NCBI GenBank assembly: GCA_010015585.1
Contig: ML975154.1
Direction: 5' to 3' (one strand)
DNA: 55,271 nt
Origin: Eremomyces bilateralis CBS 781.70
Taxonomy: Eukaryota
Positions within the stretch are counted from its first letter, which is position 1, and every line of letters begins with the position of its first letter. The notes below the pieces were generated by a model that saw nothing but the letters and a program-made list of their open reading frames with translations, was not told the origin of the DNA and made no database searches. A program made the position numbers and the translations under genes. Below are positions 37,647-49,448 of this stretch, in pieces.

Positions 37647-37681
37647 GGTTTGGGGCGGTTTGGGGCGGTTTGGGGCGGTTT
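37647..37681. repeat. 10-bp G-rich tandem repeat (TGGGGCGGTT)x3 between convergent genes
   Basis: Direct reading of 37651-37680. Confidence 0.85.
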
Positions 37682-37905
37682 TTTGATGATTGATGACTTG
37701 TTCGGCGTTCGTGTCTGATCAGGTTATGGTGGCTAAGCATTGCTGGCGTCGGCGGTGAGGTGGTCTATCGATATCTCTGACCGAGTATACACTTTTCCAT
37801 ATTATGCAATTGGAACTTTCCATTCAAGGCTCCCATGGACGCCGGCCATACATGTGCCAAACCTAAACTATTTACATGTTGCGACAAGCCTTTTTCAACC
37901 TTTCT

Positions 37906-39530
37906 CTACTGCCCCGGCGCCACCAACTGCCCCTTCTTCACGGTATCGTGCGCCCATCCCCCCGCCAACGGCTCGCCGCCCATCTCTCGCGCCTGCTGCT
38001 GTATCCGCGCCTCCAGTTCGGGCCGGAAATGCCGGATCAACCCCTGCAACGGCCACGCGAACGCCTCGCCCAACGCGCAGATCGAATGGCCCTCCACCTG
38101 CTTCGTCAGCTCCTGCAGCATGTCGATCTCCCGCTCACGGGCCAGGCCCTTCTCGAACCGCTTCATGATCTGGTCGGTCCACGCCGAGCCCTCGCGGCAC
38201 GGCGTGCATTGGCCGCACGATTCGTGGTGGTAGAACTTGGCGAGCCGGGAGATGCTGCGGACGACGTCGGTAGACTTGTCCATGACGATGACAGCCGCGG
38301 TGCCGAGACCCGATTGCGCATCTTTCAACGCGTCGAAGTCCATAAGCTGGTCGCCGCACAGATGTGCGGGGAGGATCGGAGTGGAGGAGCCGCCCGGGAT
38401 AACAGCTTTGAGGTTATCCCAGCCGCCGCGGACGCCGCCGCAATGCTTCTCCAGGAGCTCTCGGAGAGGGATGCTCATCTCTTCTTCGACGGTGCAGGGA
38501 TTGTTGACGTGGCCAGAGATGCAGAACAGCTTGGTACCGGCGTTACGCTCGCGACCGAAGGATGCAAACCAGTTACCACCGCGGCGGCAGATTGTTGGTG
38601 CAACGGCGATGGTTTCGACATTGGCGACGGTTGACGGGCAGCCGAAGAGACCAACAGACGCAGGGAACGGAGGCTTGAGACGCGGCTTGCCTGGCTTGCC
38701 CTCAAGGGACTCGATGAGCGAGGTCTCTTCACCGCAGACGTAGGCGCCCATCCCCCTGTGGATGAAAACGTCGAAGTCGTAGCCGGAACCGCAGGCATTC
38801 TTTCCGATCAGCCCGGCCTGGTAGGCTTCTTGGATGGCTCGTTGAAGGACGGTGGCCTCGTGGTAGAATTCGCCGCGAATGTAGATGTATGCTGCGGTGC
38901 AGTTCATAGCACGGCCTGCCACTAAGCATCCTTCGATGAGTTTATGTGGGTCCTTTCGCATGATCTCGCGGTCTTTGCAGGTTCCTGGCTCGCCCTCGTC
39001 CGCATTGACGACGAGATATCGAGGTTTGGTGTCCTTATCCCAATCTTTGAAGTTCATGAAAGACTAGCCGTGTCAGTATGGATCAATGCCTGGTTCAGGA
39101 CGGACGTACCCATTTCAAGCCGGAAGGGAATCCGGCACCACCTCGACCTCGAAGTCCAGAAGCTTTGATCTCCGAGATGATCTACATATAAAATGTCAGA
39201 TATTTCCTTCCTCTAAGATAGCTCAATGGCACCGAGCTTGGAACGCACCCAGTCATGTCCCTTTAATACTATCTCCTTCGTCTTGTGCCAATCCCCATAC
39301 TTCATCGCCGACTTCAAATCCGCGCCATGGTGTCCGTACAGGTTTTGAAATATCCGATCCTGATCCTTCAGGCCGCCATAATGCCGCACCGGGTTCGCAT
39401 CCTGCACAGTGGCTAGACTTCGACGCTGTTGTCGTGGTGCTGAGCAGCTCGGGATGGTTGTGGCAGCGCGGGCGACCCGATGGGATGCTTGAGATAGCGC
39501 CGCGGGCGATGACACTTGGCGTGCAATCAT
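37906..39530 (-). CDS. NDUFV1: NADH:ubiquinone oxidoreductase 51-kDa flavoprotein subunit (nuo-51)
   Basis: Mitochondrial presequence; [47 protein letters not shown] and ICALG. Introns at 39248-39182 and 39109-39064. Alternative ATG at 39536. Confidence 0.96.
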
Positions 39531-39664
39531 TGTCATCGAGCTTGCCCCGAGCGGAGCGAGTATGGGAGGATCGAGGACGATGAGGGTGAAGAGGAATTGA
39601 AGTATCCAGTATCCGAGGGGTTTTGAGAGTGGTGAAGTGACGATGGCGTTGGAATAGCCTTTTG

Positions 39665-39727
39665 ATTGGCCCGAAGTTCTTCCGTTCTTTCCTCTTACAC
39701 AAGCTGTCAATGACGCGTGATGATTGG
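39665..39727 (-). promoter_or_regulatory. Two CCAAT boxes upstream of the complex I gene
   Basis: CCAATCA on the minus strand at about 39669 and 39727; the CCAAT-binding complex is a known regulator of respiratory genes. Confidence 0.4.
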
Positions 39728-40274
39728 CTGACAGTCTATCCATGGTAACCTCATCCCAGTAACTTCATTTCAACTTCCTCATCATCAAGACATCAACCAT
39801 AGGTTCTTCGACATGCAAATTGAGCGTTGAGTCCAATGCAGAGAGTATATAGTCCCGACTCCCGAGCTTCTCACCTATTATGTATCAAGATTTGCGGCTC
39901 TATGAGCTCGACTACGCTCTTATCCTTGCGAAGATGTGAACCCAAGAGCTCCGTTCAGGCCCAGAGTCTCTCACAAGTCATATCTGATATCTCAGAAGAT
40001 GGCATTGCGGTCCTTTCCAGCTCTTGGAGTGCAAAAAGGGCCGCCTTGGCCTTCCCGAATTTCTATCATGGGCCTCTAATGTACATCACGAGTTAACAAC
40101 GTAGCTCACTGCTAGGGGAGTACTCTAACCGGGCAGGGACCTGACAAGTAATGATTCCAGTGGTTACCTTGCTTCTGTCGGCAGAACATTTCTTATCTAG
40201 CACTATGATCATATTGCTAATCCCGCCAGGTGGATTGATCTCATGATTTGGAGGAAAAAGAGCTGAATCAATCC

Positions 40275-41450
40275 ATGATTCCTCAACCAACATATTGGTC
40301 CTTCGATTCCCAAAGAGACGGTAAACTTCAAAGGAGTCGAGCGAATCGTGGTAGATCTGTGTTTGATGATGACACCGGGGGATTCGCCGAGTGGACGTTT
40401 GGGGAGAACAGGTGGTATATTTTCAGCGGAGAATCCGAAGGCGCGCCGAAAGATCTGGCGTATATCCAATACGAGAAAAGACAAATATCGTGCCTCCATG
40501 CAGGACACTACCAGAGACGATGCCACGGCAAATGGGCCTTCGATGGTAGTCAATGATGAAGGTCAATGCTAGTTTCCATGCATTTCTTCCGCACATGCTA
40601 ACCTAATATCAGGCGAGCAAATCCTGTCATCCCAACCTTCGAGCAACATCTTCTCGCTGCCATCATCCGAAATGGCGATTTTCACCGCCGGATCGAAGCC
40701 CTCGTCGTCACCCTCAACTAATGCAAAGACCACGTGGACGTCACCCGGAAGTGGATGCTAGCATGGCTCCAGCAGGCCCAAGACGTGTACCCTGGCATAT
40801 CCCACTTGTGCGTGAGGGAACCATCAAGTTCTCACACTTCGAGGCCACTTCCATCAACATAATCGTCCACCGCCTGCACCTCCACAACGCCATGTCCGCC
40901 ATCCTCTATCTCGGCGGCAGCGCACGCTGGTCGGATTCGACGGGGGAGCGGTGGCGATGAGACACGGGGTCACCACGACAAGCATCGTGAAGGATTTGGT
41001 GAGGGCGGCGGTGGAAACCGTGAAATGGAACTCATGGTCACGATCCACGACGAGATTGCTGTGGGGTTCTGGTATTATATCACCAGCGGGCGGCTAGACT
41101 GGGATAGATACATCAAGCCGATACTAAGAGGCGAGGGGGCGAGGATGGAGAAGGCGCAGAAAACGGCGATGGCCATGATGGACGTCGTGGAGGCGTCTAT
41201 GAAGGAGGTTGGGTTCCATGATGAATGGGTCGTGGAGCTGGAGGAAGTGGTTGAGAAAGAAGTCCCTCTCCCTGAAGCGATTGGCGGAGATGAGGACGAT
41301 GCTTGTAAAGAGTGCGGGGGGCTCATCGAGGAGTTTTCGTGGATCACGACGGTCGAATCACTACGGATTAGCTTCTTGATCACTTGGGTTGGTTCTCTGC
41401 TGGACGATCCCCGCAACTGGGTGTCAGTGCAGCCTCTTGAACATCAGTAA
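40275..41450 (+). pseudogene. Probable pseudogene or divergent hypothetical gene
   Basis: Coding-like stretches in different frames, a GCTAAC...CAG acceptor at about 40597-40612 and an in-frame stop near 40719; no family recognised. Confidence 0.3.
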
Positions 41451-41609
41451 TCACAAATCAAAACACTGATGATTCTTCTTGAAACATGTTACTGTGTCGA
41501 TACGACGACGAAGCTAATAAGCTAGTATTTCACTTGCGCTTTATACCGATCGTCATTCCAAATGAACAAGCTGAAGTCCAAACAATCGTTATCATGCATC
41601 ATCTCAAGA

Positions 41610-42609
41610 TCAAGATCTATGTCTTGCAAAAGCCTCCTTCACCTCCACTCCCTCTTCCACATCCTTCATGACCTTCTCATCCGCCGCCACCAATTTTGGA
41701 ATGAGCTCCAGCACTTCATCCAGCCTCCCCGCTGGGATCGCAACCGCGGCGTTCTCTTCCGGGTCGAGCATGATCAAGTCACCCTACGTACGTCAGCAAA
41801 CGACAAGACAACAGAAGTCGGCGATCATGGTGCCCGTACCGGAGAAACATCCACGCCTCCAATATGCACCGTGACGTCCGTCGCCCACGCCTTCGCCTCC
41901 GCCGCCATGCCTATCGACGACGTCGCTTTCGACCAGACCTGTCCCACACCAACACATCAGCTTCTACACTCGCTCATAGCACTTTCCCTAACTCACCGGC
42001 ATCCCCAGCGACCCTAAAACCCCCAAATCCCTCACCCTCCCATCCACCAACGCCCCCGCCGCCCCAAGTTTCCTCATCCGCGCCGCCATGATCCCGCCGA
42101 GAACCGCACACTTCTGCCCGCCCGGCTGGCTGATGACGACGATCGATCCGGCATTCGTCAGGTCCGCGTATGGGGTACCTTGCGGGATGGTCGGGAGGGA
42201 AAGCGAGAGCGTTTGGTCCAGAAGGGAGGTGAGCGGGGAGGGAGAGGGGAAGGAGGGAGAGGATTTGGGGACGAGGAGGACGGTGCTGGCGGGGGCGACG
42301 GTTCGGGTGGGGGGGTGGGGGGTGGATGGAGAAATGGGGGCTGCGAAGGGATGGTTAATTGGTATTAGGTGGAGGATAGGAGGGTGACGTACTGATATCG
42401 GGGAGGTAGCCTGCGCCGACCACTTGGAGCTTTAGGAGGGCGTCGCAGACCTGGTGTTAAGATAGCGATTAGCTACAAGCGCACGCAGGGCGCAATCCAT
42501 TATGAATCAAGACTTGGTATCACAAGCAGCCGCAATTATGGAAGAAACCACATACATCACAGGCAGAATACTTTGCCAATTCGGCGAGCTTGTTCTGCAA
42601 CGCTGCCAT
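41610..42609 (-). CDS. RraA-like / 4-hydroxy-4-methyl-2-oxoglutarate aldolase family protein
   Basis: Spliced product YSACD|VCDALLKL ... CAVLGGIMAARMRKLGAAGALVDGRVRDL ... VSP|GDLIMLD ... ADEKVMKDVEEG; four introns, the first at 42555-42451. Confidence 0.88.
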
Positions 42610-43352
42610 GATGGCGGGGCAAGTATCAAGGTCGAGTGATAGTATCAACCTTTCGCTGATAAGAGATATTGACAAAAAGGTACTAAACAAAACCGAAATA
42701 CTTTGGGTCTTTGATATGCGCAAAATTGGACTCAATTGCAAAGGTTGGAGGAAGTTCGTGCTCATCAACTTCCAGGCTATGCTGATATGAATGCGCCATC
42801 TGCCCCCGATTCTCGCCCGAGATTCCAGGGTTGACCTGAACGACGACATTAAGGAGGGGCACTCCGAGCCCATCCTCAACGCGCATCACCTCTCCGCATA
42901 GCCTTTCCGATAATCACCGTTCCAGGCTCCTACCGCATGCGCCGCACATGGTCGTTACCACCTAAATGCATGCTGTGTGATCCGGAGAATCGCAGTGACT
43001 GGCATTCCAACGACCTGAGAACGGCCAAGGAACGTGCAGGTCTGCAGGATGCCGGCAGCGATTGGATGCCCCGGATTTTTTGGGCACGAGGCGCCTGCTT
43101 TAGGGTCGTGGGGGCTTCCATTGGGCGTCAAAGCATTGTTAGTGTGATTGGGAAGTGCTGGTGATGAGACAAGAGGATGGGAATGGAATGAGAGGGGCTT
43201 ATGTTCTCAAAACTCGATATGCAGGATCATAGGAGCGAGAGAAAGTTGGAGAAGTATTCGTAATTTCTTGCATTATTTACTTGCTTCCACGGTAAATATG
43301 TATACTGCCTGCTGGCAGTCAATTTGCCCAATACATATGCCTATACCTGGTA

Positions 43353-45045
43353 TTATATTTCCGGCGCAACCCAAGTATCTCTCCGAATCTTCAACAAGTA
43401 TGACTGCTTGTGCGGGAGAGTCACCTCCTGCTCCTTGAAAAATCCAACCTCCAGGCAATATTGCTCGAGTCTGAGGTTCCTAATCAGCAAGTCTGTGATT
43501 CGAATGCAATCGATTGGGTACTCACTTCTTGTTGTCCACTCTCGGTTCCATCACCACTACCTCCGTCCGATTATCCGATATCCAACAATGATGTACCAAC
43601 GCTGTCAGCCACAACTTCACCCTCTGCGGCCCTCTGAACTCCTGTTCCCCCACCAAACAATGGATCCCTCTATCATAGTTCCCCACTCCCCCACCTAAAT
43701 GTTTCCCCAAGCTATCCTCCTTGACCCAGTATATCTCGAAGTAACCAAACGGTCGTCCATCCCAACACCCGATCGACGGGAAACTGTGGCGGCTCTTGAG
43801 TGCGCTCCTGAGGAATTTGTCTTGGATTTCTTGCGGCCCTTGGCAGCCCCAGTAGTAGCTAATGCGGGGGTTGTTCATCCATTGATGGAGGAGATCGGGG
43901 TCACAAGGGGAGATATCAAGGTTTTGGAAGGAGGGCACCACGGTGTCAGACATCGTGCTTGTTGTAACGCGGGAGTCGATGCTCATGGCCCTGGGACCTT
44001 CGAATGCCGGGGATTTGCGGGAGGAACTGGCGACGCGGAAGGAGAGAAATTGACCGACACTAGGGACAAACCGGATATAGACAGTCTCCCCTTGGCGTGG
44101 TGGTTTCGGGCGGATAGGGTGTCGGACGCCGTTGGTGAAGATGTATTGCGGAGGTACGGGAGGGTAAAAGGTAGGGAGATGGCTGGTTGAATGGAATGGA
44201 TCAGGCGTGCTCGAAGACCATAACCCATGAACCATGCCAGTATCGAGTACTGCATCCGAATGCCGGCCTGGGGAGCTTGGGCGAGAGGTATGTGGCGTGC
44301 CCGAAGGAATCGGCAAGGCCGATATCGGTAATAGACTGAAGAGGAAGATCCGTGGATCGATCTGCCAGAACGACCGCTGGCTGACGAACATGTCCATCCA
44401 CCCTTCCCCAGACCGTTCGTCCGTTTCCGCGCCCACACAGCTGTCCTCGCTCGCTATCAGCCCCATACGCTCCAACTTCTGCAAGGTCCTGCCCCCTTTG
44501 AGAATTCCTTCCTGATTGATGTTAATCCGCCAATCCCCTCTCGGCTTCCCCTGATCCGGTGTATTCGTCGACTCCGCTGTCTTCATCCACGGATCTGGCG
44601 GAGGCTGCTGGAAGTACCATAGGAGCGTACACCACAGCAACATGGCGATCCGCCGCGTCGGCGATTGCGTCGGTTGGGACTCTTCGTTGCTCGGGTGTGA
44701 AATCCCCGAGATGTAGAGATGGTCATTGCGGAGGGATGGGCGTTTGAAGCGGTGTAGTGTCGTGCGAGGACGCGGTCGCATGGACTCGTCGTGGCTGTAG
44801 GATTGAGTCGACCGGATCGGCTGCCGTTCCGGGTCGTGTTCTTCGCTTTCTGGGTCTATTGATTCGAATTCGGATTTTGGGACCTCTTCATCAGCAGAGT
44901 TGAGGACGACGGTCCAGCCACGTGGGAGGAGGGAGGGGGGGTCGACGTGGTTGGAGAACTCGTGGTATTTGAAGTATAGACCACCAAAAACAGTGTCTAC
45001 GGTGAGAGACCGTCCATTCGGAAGGCGAATGATCGAAGGCGCCAT
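43353..45045 (-). CDS. sidL: Siderophore N5-hydroxyornithine acetyltransferase, SidL-like (IucB/AlcB GNAT)
   Basis: N-terminal LPNGRSLTVDTVFGG, HPIRPKPP, LLHQWMNNPR, PFGYFEIYWVKED, DRGIHCLVGE and EPRVDN. One intron (about 43525-43471), then an exon ending LPHKQS...VAPEI*. Confidence 0.85.
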
Positions 45046-45981
45046 TGCGTGCTCCCGTATACAGCGAATGGACTTGCGCTGAAGTTAATGGAAAGCGCCG
45101 GTTCTGGAGGAGAGGCTGAAACGGCCGTCAGCGTGTCATAATGTATACGGTGCCGGTAGTATGGACTTGGACATGAAGCTGCTGAGGTGGAGTGATCAAC
45201 GTCAACGACTACTTCAGCAACGAAATCGAATTGAGACAAGCATGCTTGTAGAACCTATGGTACCTTGAAGGATAAATCAAGCATTTGATTCTGTTCTGCA
45301 CGTTGTACCAAGTGTAGATCCAGGTTGTAATATAACTGAGGTGGTTGGTTAAGGGTGAGCTGACCATTTTCGTGCCTCCGAACAAGGAGGGGCATCATGA
45401 TGATGCTACCAACGCCAATGCAAACGCCAAGCTTGAAGACTGATGGCAAACTATGAGATTCTCATCATCAAGAGCCGAGACCCTTATCACGAGTTTCGAT
45501 GTCTAACATTCAGTTACAGAGGTTGAGGTTCAATTTCGGTATTAGAGGATCACGGTAGGAGCAGGAGCTGGAGCTGGAGTGGTTCTAAGGATACAAGGCA
45601 ACAAGGAGTCTCCAGACACATCACCCATCCACCTGCAAATGGAATATCTGGCCACGATTAGAATTCACAGCAGCGTTTTCTGCACTGGCAAAGCATAAAC
45701 TAGATTGTTGTACCATAACGAAGATGATAATGCTAGATTGCTAGCTAATTATGCACAGGATGCCCTTCAAATCAACGAAATCGATAAACGTTCAAATCTC
45801 GATGCTTCAGCGAGCCGCTGAAGAGAAAGGGGCTCCATACACTCACAATGCAAGACCAGTGTCTCACAATTGAATGACTACAGCATCATCAAGGAGTCTC
45901 ATCGTCATCCAGGAAAGCGAATTTTCCTGTTGTCTTCGTTCCCATCTTCTATCTCTTCTTGGGTTTTATCGTGAAAAAAAT

Positions 45982-48287
45982 TTAATCACGCTCCTGCTCC
46001 GATATAGCTCGAGAGGGTGAACAGAGGTTAGGACTCTCACATTCTTGAAGGGAAGGAGTTTCCTCTTTCCCTTTCAAAGCGGACTGCGTGCTTGTCTTCT
46101 CCAAGAAGTGAAAAGCAGACCGATCACGCAATAACTGGTTTCCCGCAACGTGGTACTTGTTCACACGCTTCAACTCGATGAGACCCGACTCGAGGATCCC
46201 AAGTTTCGTGGTCGCACGTGCCCTTTCTTGTGCGGAATCTTGGTTCTCGGAAGCAATATGTTGTATCTCATCATCGTCCATGTCGCAAATGATGTGAGCA
46301 GATATCAACTCAGGCAACTTCTGCAGAAGGCATCGCTCAATTGCAAGAACGCTGACTTCGTCGACAACTGTTTTGCGAGCAACCTACTCAAGTTTAGTGC
46401 GAGTTCAATTGTGCAAGTGTTATACATTACTTTGTAGTACGCTTCCATCATATCAGTAGCAAGAGAGCAAGAGAATTTATCCATGTTCACCTCCGTGTGA
46501 TCGGAGAGCATTTGGACTAAACTTTTTATATTGACATGATAGTATTCTATTCCATGCTTATGGAATGCTCCGCTGTCGTTGAAATAAGCCGAAAGCCGTT
46601 TCTCCAACGCCGCTGTGCGACGCTCAGCCTGAACCTTTTGGACAGTGTCGATCAGGTAGTGGTTGTACGTAGTCGGATGACCACAAAGGTGAGGGTCCAA
46701 AATCTCGTCCACTTTCGTATTCAACTCGTTCTTCAGGCCATCGAATGATGGGTTGATTATCCTTGTGAGAAGCTTTTCCGCAGTATGTATGTCGGTGATA
46801 TGCTTCAGGGTAACGCTCACTGCGGAGAACGCTGCCTCGAAGATCCGACCAACAAGCTTGTAAATCAAGGCCCTCCATGGCTTGCATTGCTTTGAGAAGA
46901 GTTCCTCAACGACCAGGGGATTGAATGTGCCAGGCAGTTCGCGACCTCTGCTCTTTCTCATGAGTATCTGTACCTCGTCGATATAGTCATCGCGGGATAT
47001 TTCGCGTGGCTTATCGGGGGATGTGTTCTCGACAATGGTTTGAGAATGGCCTTCCGAGTACATCTCCTCCGAAAAGTCCGACAATGCGTTTTGCACCACT
47101 GCGCGAAGGCGCCTTTCGTATACGCCCTGAGCTGTGACGTCTGAAAGGAATGGATCGGTGTACACTCCGTCTACAATAGCCTTGATCAGGTTGTAGAAAC
47201 GTTGGCCGATGTTGAGCAGATAACGCCGCTGATCAGCTAGTGTTTCTCGTCCTACACCCAGTTTGTCCAGTGTATCTTGGCATTGTTTCGCTTCGATTTC
47301 GACATCTTCCAGAACGCTAGGAAGCTGCTGAAGGATAAGATTTCGGAGAATCGCGCCGAGCCGGACCAGAAGGGCATCCTTTCCACGTTGAGATGGTGCC
47401 AGAGAAGTCCAGACGCCTCGGGAAAAAAAATTGGCCTCAGACCTGTCTCGTTCTGCGGTAGTGGCATTCCGAGAGTTGAAGTCCCTATTCTTCAAGACAT
47501 GCCATCCAAGGCGGAACGTAACATCCTTGTTCTGGGCGAGATGGACATAGTACTGTTCGCTTTCTGAACCTTCATCCAGTGTGTCTGGTTTTGTGATGAG
47601 GCCAAGTGTACGTTGGCCGTTTGGATCAACTTTGCGAGCAAGTCGGGTAACAGATTGAAGCGCGAACTCGTTTTTAGCGGACACCACCGCGCAAATAACG
47701 CTTCGAGGCTTCTCCATGTACGACATCACAAGAGATTCAACCATTTTTGCGTCCTCGTCAGACTGATCCTTGTTCGCAGCAGAAAACAGTCCTGGGAGAT
47801 CCACCAGTGTCAAATGAGGCTGCTCCGGTCCTGAAATTTCGACCCGGAGGATGTCGGAACTGAAGACCTTTTCAGTGCCATTTACTCCCATCACGGCCTT
47901 TGCGCTTTCGATGACATGACCGATATCCAGGTCTTTCAGGGCGACAGAAAACTTCCCTATCTCTTCCTTCTCTATCTCGGACCGTTCAGGACTCGGGATG
48001 ATGCAAACTTTGACACCGACCGTAGTACTTCGGCGAAGAATAAGTTCCGTTGCGAATCGGGTACAGAGAGTGTCCTTTGTCGGGAAAGACATGCCTGAAA
48101 TGGCTTCCAGGGTGGAACTCTTCCCAGAGGACTGATCGCCACATATGATGATTTGAGGCAGATCAATGAAGCGGCCTATGCCTGTAGAGCGAAGCTTGTC
48201 GACGATATCAAGAAGGTCACGGTGTTCACTGTTCTGCAGAAGTACAGGGGGGCCCGCTTGCGGCTCTGTGAAAGCCGTTTCCTCCAT
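45982..48287 (-). CDS. Dynamin-superfamily GTPase, Mx-like fungal paralogue (GTPase, middle, GED)
   Basis: LPQIIICGDQSSGKSS, CTRFATE, LVDLPG, TKPD, RGRELPG and MEAYYK|VARKTVVD. Intron at 46430-46384. Confidence 0.92.
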
Positions 48288-49448
48288 ACCAGGGGTATTC
48301 AGGAAGGAGATGGAGGTGTTCAAGACTAGAAGATCAAAGTTGGAGGATCGACTCAAAAAGTTGGCGACTTTGGATATAGCGAAAGAAATTTACTTCAGTG
48401 TGAGAGAAATTGTCTTTTCTTACCAAAGGACAAAGTACTAGGACAAACCAAATCAATCGCTCTATCTCGTTGATTCTATCTGCTTTTCCTACCCAAAATC
48501 ATGGTCGATTACTAGCACTTAACACATGAGCAGCAAACACATGCCTAGCATATTCGGGAAGATGCTTGCAACAGCTCGACATTCTTACCTGGTCTTTTCA
48601 AGAAGTGTCTGGCCCTGGGAAATGCCACCGATTTCTCTCTAGCGAAGGATTGACTGGATGGTCCAAACAAAACTGACGTGCGAAGCTAGGTCTATCCATT
48701 CAAGCCAAGACGGAGTCCTCGCAAATCTGAAATTCCCATGGAAAGGACAAGGTCACATCCTCCGTTGGTTTGGGGACATTCAAAAGTTTTAAAGGGGTAG
48801 CCTTAGTCTGATAATGACGTTGAGCTAGAGGGCTGACATCCAGATGATCGAGATTAAAATAGGTCGGTTGAGTCCCCCAATCCATATTAGTTAACTAGTA
48901 ATTAAAGGATGCCGTAGTTACCAGCTGTTAACAACAACAGGCAGGAGCACGCAGACCGCATCATGTCCTGCTGCAGGCCGTGCAGTATCCATCTCTGTGG
49001 TCAGCCGTTCAGGTAATATCAGTCTGAAGGGCCTCGATCAATGATCTAGGATAGCATTCTCAGAGTATTCCTCTGAGAACTTGGAAGGTCTTTGGTATGC
49101 CCTTAGTTCTCCATTCCTGGCATTGGGAGTTTGGGACATGAGATTGTGGCGGAAAACCCATCCGAAAAGGGCGGTGGGCGTGCTACCAGTCCAGGAACTA
49201 TCTGAAACAGTTCAACTGAATTATATTTGTAATATTTAAGGCTAGTGATATTTTCCCCCGATTTTGAGATTTTCTCCCCCCATGAGATTATCCCCCTGCG
49301 CTAGCCATAATTAGTGGAAATTAAATGCTTAATTTGGTCTAGCGCATACCTAGTTCCACTTCCTTAATTAACTTGTTCTTTCCCTGTTAACTAACTAACT
49401 TAGAACAACTTCAACACCTAATTTGTTCTTTCTCTCATAGATCTCAGC

